Part shown: one piece after another, positions 25,499-39,059 of the stretch
Numbering within the stretch: position 1 is the first letter of the stretch
Layout of the letters: each line of letters starts with the position of its first letter
From: Podarcis cretensis
Lineage: Eukaryota
Assembly: GCA_951804945.1 (NCBI GenBank)
Contig: OX638151.1
Span: 60,512,001-60,576,000, forward strand
Direction: 5' to 3'
Length of the DNA stretch: 64,000 nucleotides
Notes under the pieces: generated by a model
Database searches by the model: none
The model's input: the letters and a program-made list of their open reading frames with translations, nothing else
Told to the model about the DNA's origin: nothing
Position numbers and translations under genes: made by a program

Positions 25499-25773
25499 AG
25501 AGGTTATCCACACTTACCTTTCCTCTACTCTTTCCAGGACGATCCACGATTTAAAGCTCTGTGTCTGTGGTCCAGAGTTTTCCCTGAAAAAACCAACTTT
25601 TAAAGCTCAATGGAGGCAAACATCAATCTATGGAAAACCTGAACTGACGTTTGCTCTGACTGAGCTTTAAAGAGTGAGTTTTTGCAAGGAAATCTCAGGG
25701 CATCAACATGGAGTGTTAAAGCACAGACCTCTGCTAGAAAGAGTGGAGCAAAAGGTGAGTGGGGATAAGCCCT
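25499..25773. mobile_element. ~275-bp fold-back element (MITE-like long imperfect palindrome)
   Basis: Outer arms TTATCCACACTTACCTT / AAGGTGAGTGGGGATAA; inner arms TTTAAAGCTCAATGGAGGCAAACATCA / TGACGTTTGCTCTGACTGAGCTTTAAA. Confidence 0.75.
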
Positions 25774-28534
25774 GAGTTCAAGTGGGATTTCTCCAAGGTG
25801 CCCTAAACTTAAACAGGGATCTCTGAAGTGGCTCAGAGATTCTGATATTTTTTATTTAAAAAAACTACACAGAGGATCTGTTAAAAGCGACATTTTTCTC
25901 TATGCTAACCATTGAAAACACACACCCAAAGAGGGAGGCCTCTTTTCTGACTAACAGAAAATTATTTCAGCAGGACTTTCCAGTCCCAGAGCTTGGAGAA
26001 GGGACATCAGCTTGCAGTTGTCTGTTCTGCATCTTTGCTGGTTCTGCTACTAATGCTTGCATGGAAATGCTGGACATTCAAGTTCTTCTGCCCCTGTGCC
26101 ACACACCCATGCACCCATCCCTGTCAAATCAGCTTTGCACTTAGTTTCTTTAAGTCTGGCTGCTAGCTGAGCAGAACAGAAGCCTGAGGCTGTGAGTCCC
26201 CTCCCTTCATCAAAACTCAGTACCTTACACCTAACATTCTGAATTTTTGCAGATTACTTTCCTAGGGGAGCCTCTAGAAAATTGATGCCCACAAAATCGA
26301 AGGGAGGGAAATGGTTCCCATTTAGCTCTTCCTCTGTCCTACAAAATCAACTTTAAAGGCAGAAGCACAAAATCTTCCTAGACTGATTTGTCCATAATGT
26401 GGAAGTTTCTTATCTAGGAGCACTTCTCTCACGCAAGCTATTTTCATATAAAATTGCCCACAAAACAATAGAAGAGAGTAAGTAGATCCTATTTAACCAC
26501 CCGAAAACAGTAAAGGACACCCATGCAGGAAAACCAGTACAGCTTTCCTTTTAGAATTTGGCAGGATTCTCAAGAACACCCCAAAGGTGCTAACAAGTCT
26601 GAAAATTCATCCAGTTCTACAGAAATATTTCTTTTTAAGTTATAGACAGTGCAGGGTGGAGGGGTTGAATAAAATTCAAATGTGCGCTGCACATAACCCC
26701 CAGCAGAAAAGGCTGGAGTCATGCTTGTCCAAATTGGAATTCGAATCTAAACTTAAATGAATCAGACAACTTCTGAAGCATTTTGGACTAAATTGGGCTG
26801 CTCACTGATGTGCTAAATCAGGGCCGAAACCAAACCTTGTGCTCAGTGTACACCCCTAGCAGTAGGAACAGCTATTAAGTTTTTGAAGATCTCTGCAGGT
26901 CTCATTTTTAGCCTTTAGTGCCTATTGACCAGAGAATTTAAGGAGAGCCCTGCTGGCAGTGAGATGCTACAGAAGCATATGTCTGCGTCATGTTCAAATA
27001 GCTGGTAGCATCTGGTAAAATGACAATCAGATGTGGTGGCTTTACCTCAACATATATTTGTATGAACACCCCAAAGCAGGCAGTTGTTCAGGGAACTGAC
27101 CCTATGACTAGTGTATAACAATGGCTGCAGATATCACAGCCACTCAATTGCTCTTCAGTAGAGCGGAGGCAATAATGATGGGTGAAACTGAGGGGTTTGT
27201 ATTTAACTATTTCCTTCTTAATTCTATAGTTCAGTGATATTGATAATAGGTCTAATTTACAGTGCTATACAAGCCAGTTCACAGCCAACACAAATGGGAA
27301 CTGACCATTCTGTTCATTCATTCTTAGGGTAGCCCCATTAGGGGAAGGCCCATAGCTTAGGGGCAGAGCATCCCCTTTGCATGCAGAAGGTCCCAAGTTC
27401 AATCCCAGGCCTCTCCTGGTAGGGCTGGGGAAGATTTCCTGCCTGGAATCCAGGAGAACCACTGCCATTCCTGAGCTAAATGGGCCTATGGTCTGAAACC
27501 CCAGGGTATAGGACGGTATATAAATTCTAATAATAAGAATAAGAATAGGAATAAGAAGGCAGTTTCTATGTTCCTGTGCACCATACAAAACAGGACATTT
27601 GCAAATGCCTTTTGAATTTTTTCATATTCTATATAGTAGGGCTCCCCAGAAATCAGTTGGCTCAGAATGTGTGGGCTCGTTCTGCCATAGCAATTTGATC
27701 CATAGTCTAGAACTAAGCTCCTTGGCACATTCTCCTTCTTGCTTCATCCATCCATCTTGCTCCTTTTGCATTTATTCTGTAGTTCACAACACACATCCCC
27801 TCTTGGTGTCAGCCATTCTCTTTTCTGCTTGCTCAGACTACTGCTCCAGAACTCCCCCTCACATGCCCCTCTGAGACAGACTATCCATGCCATTTGCCAA
27901 GTTTCAGCCAACAGCAAAAGAGGAACCCACCAATGTGAATGCCTTCCTTGCCACAAGAGGCAAGAAAAGGTTTAAATGCCTCTTCATTCATTAAGCATAT
28001 TTTCTTGAGCACCAAATGCAGGCAGTTCCTGAATCCAGCCAGAGGGTTCAGAGGAGGCACATGCAGCAGCAGGGTGTTTTCTTTTAAATGCAGCAACAGA
28101 TTTCATTAAATGCCTTGAAGCAAGGATGCCCGGTGACAGGCATTTGCACAGAAAGATGCAGAGATCCTCTCACTTTGTAACTTGACTGTTGCTTCCTTTC
28201 AAAATAATGCACTCCCTGATGTGCAGCTGCAGGACAAAGTTGCATGATAACCTGGCAAGATTAGCTGTTTGTGATTTCTCTTGACTGTATGGCTTTATTT
28301 GTCTTCTTCAGTGCAGGCTGAGATTCATTCTCTCTCTCTCTCTCTCTCCTTTCTTTCTTTCATGCACACACACACACATATAATGTTGAGGGGTAAAATA
28401 TAGTCAGGCATGTGTTCTCTGATTCTTCTCTAGACCCTATGAATGTGAAGCAACAATGTCCCTAACTATCAAATGACATCAAACTTGCCTTGATCTAAAA
28501 TGCTAAAAAGATTTTTACAAATGTGTTTGTGGTA

Positions 28535-28892
28535 AAAGGTAAAGGGACCCCTGACCATTAGGTCCAGTCGTGGACGACTCAGGGGTTGTGGCGCTCATCT
28601 CGCTTTACTGGCCGAGGGAGCTGGCATTTGTCCGCAGACAGCTTCCAGGTCATGTGGCCAGCATGACTAAGCTGCCACATGCAAACTAAAGCAGTGCACG
28701 GAAATGCCGTTTACCTTCCCGCCAGAGCGCTACCTATTTATCTACTTGCACTTCGTGCTTTCGAACTGCTAGGTTGGCAGGAGCAGGGACCAAGCAACGG
28801 GAGCTCACTCCGTTGCAGGGATTCAAACCACCAACCTTCTGATCGGCAAGCCCTAGGCTCAGTGGTTTAAACCACAGCGCCACCTGCGTCCC
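28535..28892 (-). mobile_element. Sauria SINE
   Basis: Same family as 12719-13014. Perfect 13-bp TSD TGTGTTTGTGGTA at 28522-28534 and 28895-28907. Confidence 0.92.
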
Positions 28893-29791
28893 ACTGTGTT
28901 TGTGGTACCTTACCCAAACTGGATCACTGTTATCACCTAAATGTCTACTGCATACTTGCACAAGCTAAAATAAACTGACTGAAACATTAATGTATAATCC
29001 CTACCCACTCCCAAGACCCAGAAAAAGCTGCATATTTACCAAGGTAAAAGATACAGTGGTGTCTTTAAAACATCTCTTTTGGGAAGCAAGATCAATTTCC
29101 TACAGAGTGTTTCTACCTGTGGCCATAGGACTATAGCCAGAGCTATGCCTACTCAGAGTGGACTCACTAAAATTAATTTACATGACTAACTTAAGTCTGT
29201 TGATTTCAGCTGGTCTACTCTGAGTAGAACCTAGTTGGATACAACACATAATCAAAAATTAGTTGCAATATAGCATTATCCTATAATGCATCCATGGTGA
29301 AACATTATTTGTTTATTTCACATCCTTTTCCCTCTTTTTTTTGGAATTCAAGGCCGCTCCCTTAGGGGTCCTTATGTGGTTTTGCATCCTGGCACTAACC
29401 AGATCCAGATCTCCTGAGTCTGAGTGTACCCTCAGACTACTCAAAAACACAGATTCCATTTGAAATCTAAAGAAAAACTTATTGGATTTTTCCTGCGATA
29501 TCCATATGAATGCTGCATCCCAATCTAACATTTCCAACACATATTTCTGTGTGGTTATTTTTTCATTGCAGAAAAACCTCAAAATTTGCCCCAGGAGGGG
29601 AGAAGGCCTGTGTGGAAAACTGTAGGGGAAAGGATCTGATGAAACCAGGAAACCAAATAATTAACCTATTTAGAAGATTCATTAATGTATCCCTGTTTGG
29701 AACAGAGCAACAGCAACTGATCACTAGCTGAAACATATGTGAAGTGGGAAGGTGAGCTCAAAGCGAGTTTAGTATCAGACTATGAGTCAAG

Positions 29792-29792
<1 letters not shown>

Positions 29793-29827
<35 letters not shown>
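29793..29827. repeat. (CA)n microsatellite
   Basis: Direct run. Confidence 0.95.
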
Positions 29828-29829
<2 letters not shown>

Positions 29830-32800
29830 TATATTGCTATATTAAGGGTAATACTACTAAACTATTAAAAAAATAAAATCTGGCGTTTTTTCCCTGGTCT
29901 GAAACAGGAATAATGTTCAGACTTTAACATGTCCTATCTCTTGGAAACAAGTAGTTTTAAAGGAAGCATTCTCTGCCCCCAATATAAGCACTAATCTCCT
30001 CCAAAAGTCCAAGGATATTTGGCTGCTTAACTGTCTTTCTGGAGATGACTAATCATGGAATGCTTTCAGACATGAGACTTAAATCACCACTGAAGCATCT
30101 CTCACGCTGTTTATGTCAAGTCTGATCATTGAGATTGAGAGGCACTTGACTTGCGAGGAAGCATTCTGGCCAATGTAGGCTTTGCATCCATACTGCAAAG
30201 CACTGAAACAAGAACTACTTAAGACACCTCATTTGTAAAAACACCATTCCTATGTACAAAACACTAGTGCAGTTTAACAAAAGGAAACTCACATCAGCAC
30301 CAGATATGGGCGACATCAAGTTTAAACTGAACATTTTTCTCTAAAGAATCACAGTACAGAATAATGGTACACTCTCTTATCAACAGTTATAGAGTTCAGA
30401 GTGCCACTAGACAAGGTGTGAGAGATCTGTGATCAAAATCTCCCACTCTGTTTAAATTTAAAACCACCCGTGGTGCCATCACATCACATCAGAGCTGTGG
30501 CATTGTGGAAGTGGGTGACTGATCCCTTTTTCAATCTGAATAATCTCCCCCAACTATTATTTGACCCCTGGGGAAACCTCAGATACCAGTATTGTTCTTG
30601 TATGTTTTCCCCTACAGGTCAAACCACATTTGGTGTTTGGGGAAAACAGCATGAGGGATTGGAATAACTTGCCTCTGCTAGTACTGTTGCACTGACCCAA
30701 TTTTCACCCAATGCAACCTCTTTTAACTTCTTTCGGGTGATCTAATTGTGATCCAGTTGTGAATGTCATATCTAGTCTAACACAAAGTTGTTCATAAATC
30801 AGCAGTGAGGGTCAAATCAATAGTCTTTCATTATCTCCTGTCCATTGGGCAACTCCCAGGGCAAAACAATAAAACAATGAAGTACAGCATATCTTTATTG
30901 TGAATTGTACAAAATGGAGAGGTATTTAAAAGCTAATAGAGCTTTTACTGATGCTTATATAACGTATAAACAAGAGAACCCCCAAGATGGCAAGCTGAAG
31001 AGAGGTGCATCCATTCTCACTATCCTTGGGGCATTTGCTTTCCTTCTTTTAAAAACAGGATAGTGATTATGATGATGATCTCAACACCTTATGTAGTTTA
31101 CGGAAAGAAGCGTCATAATCTTGTTGGAATTTTGGAGAGTAGAAAACCCCAAGAATATTGCAAATTCAGTATTATTTCTTCCTTAATTAGGTTTCATTGG
31201 GATCCTAGATGGACCTATGTAAGTCCCACCAAACTTTCAAGTGAACATGCATGGGATCAGGATACACATCTTACATTGCAAATACCTTGGGTGTAAACAA
31301 AAAAGTCCACAGCAATTGTATCTGTAAAGCATTTATGATGGTGCACAGTCAGAAGTCAGCATGTTGCAAAGCAGACTTGAGCCCCAAATCCCAAAAATAT
31401 CATAGTAGAAGGGGAGGTTACTTTTAAATTACTTCCTGCCAAGGAATATTTTCACTTTAAAAGGGCAGCTTATTGAAAGATTTTGCAAGCAGTATATGTA
31501 ATTACTAGTGAAAGTATCATACCATTTGCCTAGGCTTTACAGCATGCACTGATTTTAAAATACATTTATCAGAATGATTCATTGACCCCATTTACTTTTG
31601 AGGAGGAAATAGCATATGTGATAAATAAAGAATAGTCTTCTCCTTCACCTGCCACAAGATCCAGCTATATCCACAAACAGTGTTGTAATTGAGTGCCAGG
31701 AGTATGCAACAACTGGGATGAGTTACAGTTATTTTATTCCTAGGTTGCCACAGAATGAACTCCATGAATACTTACTCCCTTTTCTTAACACGTTTCAAAA
31801 AAACAGGCTGATTCCACATTTTTAATGGCTAACACCACTCTATGTCAAATCACCTATGACTAACTGAAGGCTGTCTTATTTCATGAGTCAAGTCTATACT
31901 TGTAATTTGTTTCTTTCAGCTATTATTTGATCACAAAAAGTTCATGAAAAATCCTATTTGTTATGACAAAAAGACATTGAAAACCTCAGTATAACAGGAA
32001 ATTCAAAAGGCAATGCTTAAGAAGTCCAAATTTTGCATATAAAAAGTCAGTTATTATTTAAACAGATATCATATCAAAGTATGTAGAACATTTCCCCTAG
32101 TGGACAACTTTAAATATTTTTTATCTATTTGTCATGATCTAGCTATAAATTATTGCTTATATTTTCTAATAACATTTCTCCCCAATTCCTTCACTATAGT
32201 TTTAAAGTATAGTAAACTTCTTCCTTGTAGTCACTAAAAGATAATATTATCTGGCAATTCACAAAGTATCAACACATTATGACTATTAATTCTTTTGGAT
32301 ACTTGCACACTAAGAGATCTTTGCCCACATCAGTTCATTTTATGAAATATGTAACAACAATATTTTTGGCTCTCATCCTTGCTGCCTGGTAGTGTCCAGA
32401 GATAACAGATTTCCTAGGGGTCAAATGCCCATATTTTATTTTTAAAAACAACCTTGGTGCTCACTAGAGCAAAAATACAATGGACATGAAAGACATCTTT
32501 TTTTCTCTCCCTCTCTTCAAGGCAAGCCTGCAGAACTTGCCGCATCGAAAATCTATAAACTTCATTACTGAGCTGGCACTTTTTCTTTGAGAATGATTTC
32601 TTCATGCCATTATTAACTTTGCCTGTAGATTTCCACATCTGCTACCTACTTAATTAGATATGAAAGACTGCTTGAAATTGGAATTATTCAGTCTCTGTGA
32701 GGAAGAGGTAAAAAGGTTGGTTTAAGTACAAAGTAACACTACACATATCAGGGATGTGTGAGTGTGGGTGTGCATGTTTCCTCTTCTAGTTGTTCAACTT

Positions 32801-32978
32801 CTATCTCAAGAGCATGGAATCAAAAGAGCTGTTAGCTAACAGTTTCACTCTGTCATGCTTAAATATTTAGTCTTTGGGGAGTTAGCTGTCCATTATTCAG
32901 GAGAAAAGTTGATTGCTAATAAAAGACCAATAGAGGCTTGTCCCACTGATGGGAAGATGAATATTCCCCAAAAAGCTT

Positions 32979-33021
32979 TACTACTACTACTACTACTACT
33001 ACTACTAATAATAATAATAAT
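32979..33021. repeat. Compound (CTA)n(ATA)n microsatellite
   Basis: Direct run. Confidence 0.95.
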
Positions 33022-33447
33022 ACACCCTAAGCAATGTATAGGTACAGTACAGCTCTCTTATCATTTCTAAAATCATTGATAATTAATGGTCTGAGAGCTA
33101 AAATTAATGAGATGAGAGCCAAAATATATCTATTATATATGCTTGTTTAGCAAAGCTCATTATACTACAGGAAAGTTCTGTGGGGAGCTGTCTATGGTTG
33201 TAAGAGAAAGACTAGTTCAAAGCAAAAGGAAGGAAGAGATCATAAGTAATGTACACATCTAGCAGAGTTAAATGGTTTCGACTTGAACCTTGAAGTAGGA
33301 TCAAGACCCTCTTCTCTTCTGATATGAAGTCACTCCTTCATAGCAGCAGTTTCTCAGAATTGGAATAATGTTGCCAATCCTTTAGGGTTAAAGTTGGATT
33401 GAAACTACAAAGTGATTTATACCTGAAATGCCCTACAGGAGCAATTA

Positions 33448-34375
<928 letters not shown>

Positions 34376-34626
34376 CTGTTGACATAGGAAGAAAGAACAG
34401 AACACATTGATCAGCTGAAAATATGTCAAAGCAGAGCTCAGTAAAGGTCATTTTCTTCATGAACATCTCTCCCCACCTGCCTGGAATATTAGCAGACACC
34501 AGATCAAATGGCTCCAAATAGCAGGTGTCTTTCGATTTCATATCTCAAGGAGAGAAAGCAGGGAGAGAGTAACAAGGCACAGTTATACTACTGAGACCAA
34601 CACTGCGTAGGTGTGGGTGTGGGTGT

Positions 34627-34629
<3 letters not shown>

Positions 34630-34658
<29 letters not shown>
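34630..34658. repeat. (CA)n microsatellite in the GRM1 5' region
   Basis: Direct run. Confidence 0.95.
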
Positions 34659-34662
<4 letters not shown>

Positions 34663-35390
34663 GTAGTGATGCCTTGTTGCATGCATGCATATGTAATATA
34701 CGAAGAATCTTGCATTTATAAACAGAGTGCAGTGTGTGACTTGATATATTCATTTATACCTAACCACCTCCATGTGCAGAAATTGGTATCCCGTATCTAC
34801 TAAGGCAAAATGCTGTTACCTGCATTCTGACACTTAAAGCAAAGAAAAGCCTTTACAAGTTTGAGAACTTCCTTCCTCCTCTTTAATTAGATTTAAAAAA
34901 ACCAAAAACCCTTCATTATTAAGTCAAGAACATGAAAACTATGCTAGTTTAAACATATTGAGAAAGACGGGGTGTGTGCGCTTCTGTGTAGAATCTTCAG
35001 AAAAGAAAATGTCATTTAAAGGTCAAGACAGAATTCTTAAAAACCCTTACAAGATACAGCCTTTCCCAGCTAGATTAATCTTTGGGTTTTGAAAGGGGGA
35101 ACGCTGTAGTTCGACAAAAGAGACAACTATGCAAGCTGTGGGAAATACATATTAGTTACTAAGGCAACCGCAGGCAAAGTCCTGATGTGCTTTTCTGGCA
35201 CCGCTTGCTTTTCATGCAGACTTTGGGCAGGAGAGGTGACAAGCCAGGCGGCTAGAGTTTAAGTAGTTTAATGCGATTTAAAAGGCGATCGGCCGCTCGT
35301 AGGAGATACTTGCTGATTGGAAAGTCGGGTATGCTTCGCTTCGCTAGGCTGCCTTGGCTCCCTGTTGCACGGGCAGGGATTGCTATGGAT

Positions 35391-35411
35391 TTCAGCACCC
35401 TGGACAACGTC
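35391..35411 (+). promoter_or_regulatory. RE1/NRSE (REST-binding) element
   Basis: TTCAGCACCCTGGACAACGTC vs consensus TTCAGCACCnnGGACAGCGCC, with the canonical 2-nt spacer. Confidence 0.8.
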
Positions 35412-35989
35412 CACGGCAACCCGATCCCTAGCGAGTTCCTCCGTTCGGTGCAACAGAATCTGCAGCCATGCTGCGCTCTTTGCCCCAATAACTTCTTGCA
35501 CCCGTTGCTTAGGTCTTTTGCACCCACCCACCCACCCACCCACTACTATCCAGTCCCCGAAAACACATAGTAGAAATACATACAGAGAATTCCAGTTGCA
35601 GCAGCCTCTTCTCCCCTCCCTCTCTCTGAAAGGCTTTTAATGGAATGAAGCGCTGCTGGTGGGTTTCTATGAAGCAAGCCAGATTTCTAGTTGCCACCTC
35701 CCCCCACCCACCTTCCTTCGGTCTCTCTCCCCATATCTCTGAAGGACAGGAATGGGGAGAAAGGCGAGAGATGAAAGCGGGCAGAAGGACCGTACTGTGT
35801 GTAGCAAGTGCCGATTCTCCCTGCGCACGCACAAAAACACACACATCTACGGAATCCAGAGAAACTGGTCACAGGAAGCCGAATCCGTTTGAAATCGAAT
35901 GGAGAAGGAAGGTCTTTTTGTCTGGCTCTCTTGCCTGCAACGTTATGGTTCGCGCCGGTCCCTTTTGGAGGATGAAACTCAAGACCTAC

Positions 35990-36140
35990 CTGAATCCGAA
36001 TCGGTGAGGCTGGTCGTTCCTTTCCGTGTCCGAGGCGTTCATTGCCAGTTCTCCTGTTCACATTTCCCTTTGCCACAGTCTGGTACAGGCGAATCGAAGG
36101 AGATGGGCTGTACGCGACTGCCCTCTTTCTTCAACGCTGT
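35990..36140 (-). other. GRM1: Putative non-coding first exon of GRM1
   Basis: Strong donor TTCAG|GTAGGT at 35990/35989 in a CpG-enriched region. The 5' part (GCGTTGAAGAAAGAGGGCAGTCGCGTACAGCCC) resembles my recollection of the mammalian GRM1 mRNA 5' end. TSS position is approximate. Confidence 0.6.
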
Positions 36141-39059
36141 TTTACCGCATGAAGGAGGGAAAGGGGAGGGGTGTGTGGAAACAGGTCATTCCAGGCTCAT
36201 CTATTATCTCATGCATAAAGATCAGTCATTCTTTCCCCTTCTTCAACCAGCTCTCAGCCCCCCTCCCTTTCCATATCTATGTATATATATGTTGGTTTGG
36301 ACTGTATTTCAATGCCTTAAATTCGTTACTTCCCAGTCACACAAGCAAGTATAAGAAACAGGAGAGAGGCTGGTTTCAGAGGTATAGATAGACATGCACA
36401 TTTGCATCCTGCTGCGAAGATTTCTAACACTGCATTTGAAGATTTAATTTTCCAATTACTATTGCATTAAAACCCTGCCAGAACAAAGCAAAATCCCATG
36501 AATTGTCTAGAATGGAATTTTTTTCCAGCTGAATCTAAAGCTTGCATGCTAAGAGGCATGTAAGATTAAAATAATACCAGGCTGAAAAAGGCAATTGACC
36601 TGCTTGCTACACAAACTGAATTAAAGGACTCTAGTGTTTCAGTTTATTATATGAAAGTTAAAGTTAGAATAAGATCCCACTGGGAATGCTAGATGCTTTC
36701 AGGGCTGATAGTTGCCCTACTTCTGAAAAGGCAAAGACACCTTGTGCAAAGAGACGACTGCAAGAATCCAAGGACCATTTTATGTGGGCATATTTGCCAT
36801 GGTTTTCTACCTGTGTGATCTCTGTTACCTTTACACAGTTCATTTATGTGTTACATTGTGTTTACATTAGTTCCACTATTACTTTTTTTAAAAACAAAAC
36901 CTGTGGACCTGTGAGCTTTATGGTACGTTTTTGGTAAAAAAGGATAATCTTCCTTCTGCCTGAAGGACACCCAAGGTAATGTGCATCCCATAGAAGCCAA
37001 CTCAACAATTAAAACAATGGGATTTAAAGTAACTGATGAAAGATCATGGCTAAAATAGCTGCATAACCATTTGCAATGCAAGGAAATGTGTTTTTAAAAT
37101 CCATTCTAAGTCTAAATCCCATCATTGGCCTGACATCTCTTACTGAGAATCAGACTCCAAAGCTGCAATGCCACCTGTGGGAGCATTCTTGCCTCAAGCC
37201 CCACAGTGTCATTTCAGGAAGGAAGCCTAGTGTAAGGTCTCACCAGCTTATCTCAAAGAAAAGGGTTCATATGTGAGAAGACATTCCCAGAGGTAAGATC
37301 AAATTCATTGATGAAATCAAGAGAGACCACGAAGCTACAACAGGGGACAGTGAATCAATCTTTTGCAGAACCAACACATGAATGGTGGCTTATGAGTTAA
37401 TTGTTTCCCACATAATGGGTTTAAGATGTATGTGGCTAGAGTTTCAGATTGGTTTATGCTTTATCTTTGGAAACTTATTTTAAGAGAGGGAAATTCTCCC
37501 CTGAGGAAAAAGTGAGAGTTGCTTAATAAAAGCAATGAAGAAATCCAGGATTTTAGTACGCATGTGATTGGACAGCTATGCTCCCCTCTCAACAAATGTT
37601 AGCAGCAAAGGCGAGAATTTCTGTCTTTGACTATGAAGTCAAACATCTCTAGCCAATGAGGTGGAAATACGGTAATCTAGTATTTTTAATCTCTTTTTGA
37701 AATTTGTTGTTGTTGTTGTTGTCATACAGTACCTGTGTTGTTTTAAAATACATATATTGCACGTAGGTCAATTAAACACATACACATACATCTTATGCTT
37801 TTGACCTCAGCATTCCATAGGTTCTGGCAGTTCTCAGCTCATAGAAGCTCACACCTACACATCTATAGACATATGGAGTCACCTGAGTAGGTAAAAGTCA
37901 TACCGTAGCAACACACTTCTGAGTGGCCTTATTTGACTTCTAAACTGATAGGCATGCAACAAGTCAATTTTAACACCCAATGAAGGATGCTTTCTAGAAC
38001 ATCCATGATTTGCAGAACAACAAAAGCACCTTTAATAACTGAGGGGATAAGCTTCTGCTCCTTAGGAGGATGGCTCAGGAGCCATAGGATGCTGCTGACA
38101 TCCCCCATTTCACCAACTTGGACAGGATACCCATTTGATTTACACACCTTCAATTCTGACTCCTGTCTCATCCCTCCACTCCCTGCTAAAAGTGGGGTCA
38201 CCTCCCTCGCACACAGCTTGATAACACTCCAAGACCACAACGTAGTTTTTACAGAGCCAAATATGGATAGTTGTTTCCCATCTTCACAATAGACTGAACC
38301 ATTTTGCTGAGATTGAGAGGCAGAACTGCCAGATCAACTATTACTTAGAAACAATCTGGTGTTTCTGGGATATGGCCAATCTGCATTACTAACTCAATTC
38401 CAAAGGAATGCATCAGATATATCTGTGAACATATAAAAGTATTATAATAAACTGCAGTATGCATAGAGCATGTAGACTCCTGAAAGTCCAGCAAAACTCA
38501 TGAGGATGAGCAGCAGGTTTAAGATTATAATGGGAACCTCTAGCATGATTTGGAGAGATAGGAATATTCTTAAGGCAAAACAAGTAAGAGTTATTGTAGC
38601 TTCCTCCAGAAAGATTATTGATAAATAGAAGTTTAAAAACACATCTCTGCAGCAATACAGGAAGGCTGAAAGACCTCACATATTATCTTCAACTGAAATA
38701 TAAATTCCATGATGTTATTTCATTAGCATAATGAATTCCATATACCCTTTTTAAAGTAAGCAAATCACACAGACTTCCCCAGAGATTCAGCCAATAGGGA
38801 GTTTTCATCTCATGGTGGTTTCCAGCATCTTCAAATGTGAAATATATCTTAATGCATAATCCGGCACCTTGAGACACATTGTGTGTTTTCAATGCTCTTC
38901 AGGGGCTTTAGTCTCTCCCAAGCAATGCATAGTTTATGCTCATCCAGACATACTACCTTGGGAATTGCCTGCATTTGTCATAGTATTTTATCCATACCTG
39001 TATCTATATGCCAGCCCCCGAGTGTGAAGGATTTGGTAGAGGTTCAATCCAGATTAAAC

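Larger units (their letters stand above)
35180..36200. promoter_or_regulatory. CpG-enriched GRM1 promoter / 5' regulatory region
   Basis: CpG density is clearly above the flanks, no recognisable repeats, and the region contains an RE1 motif and a splice donor. Confidence 0.75.
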
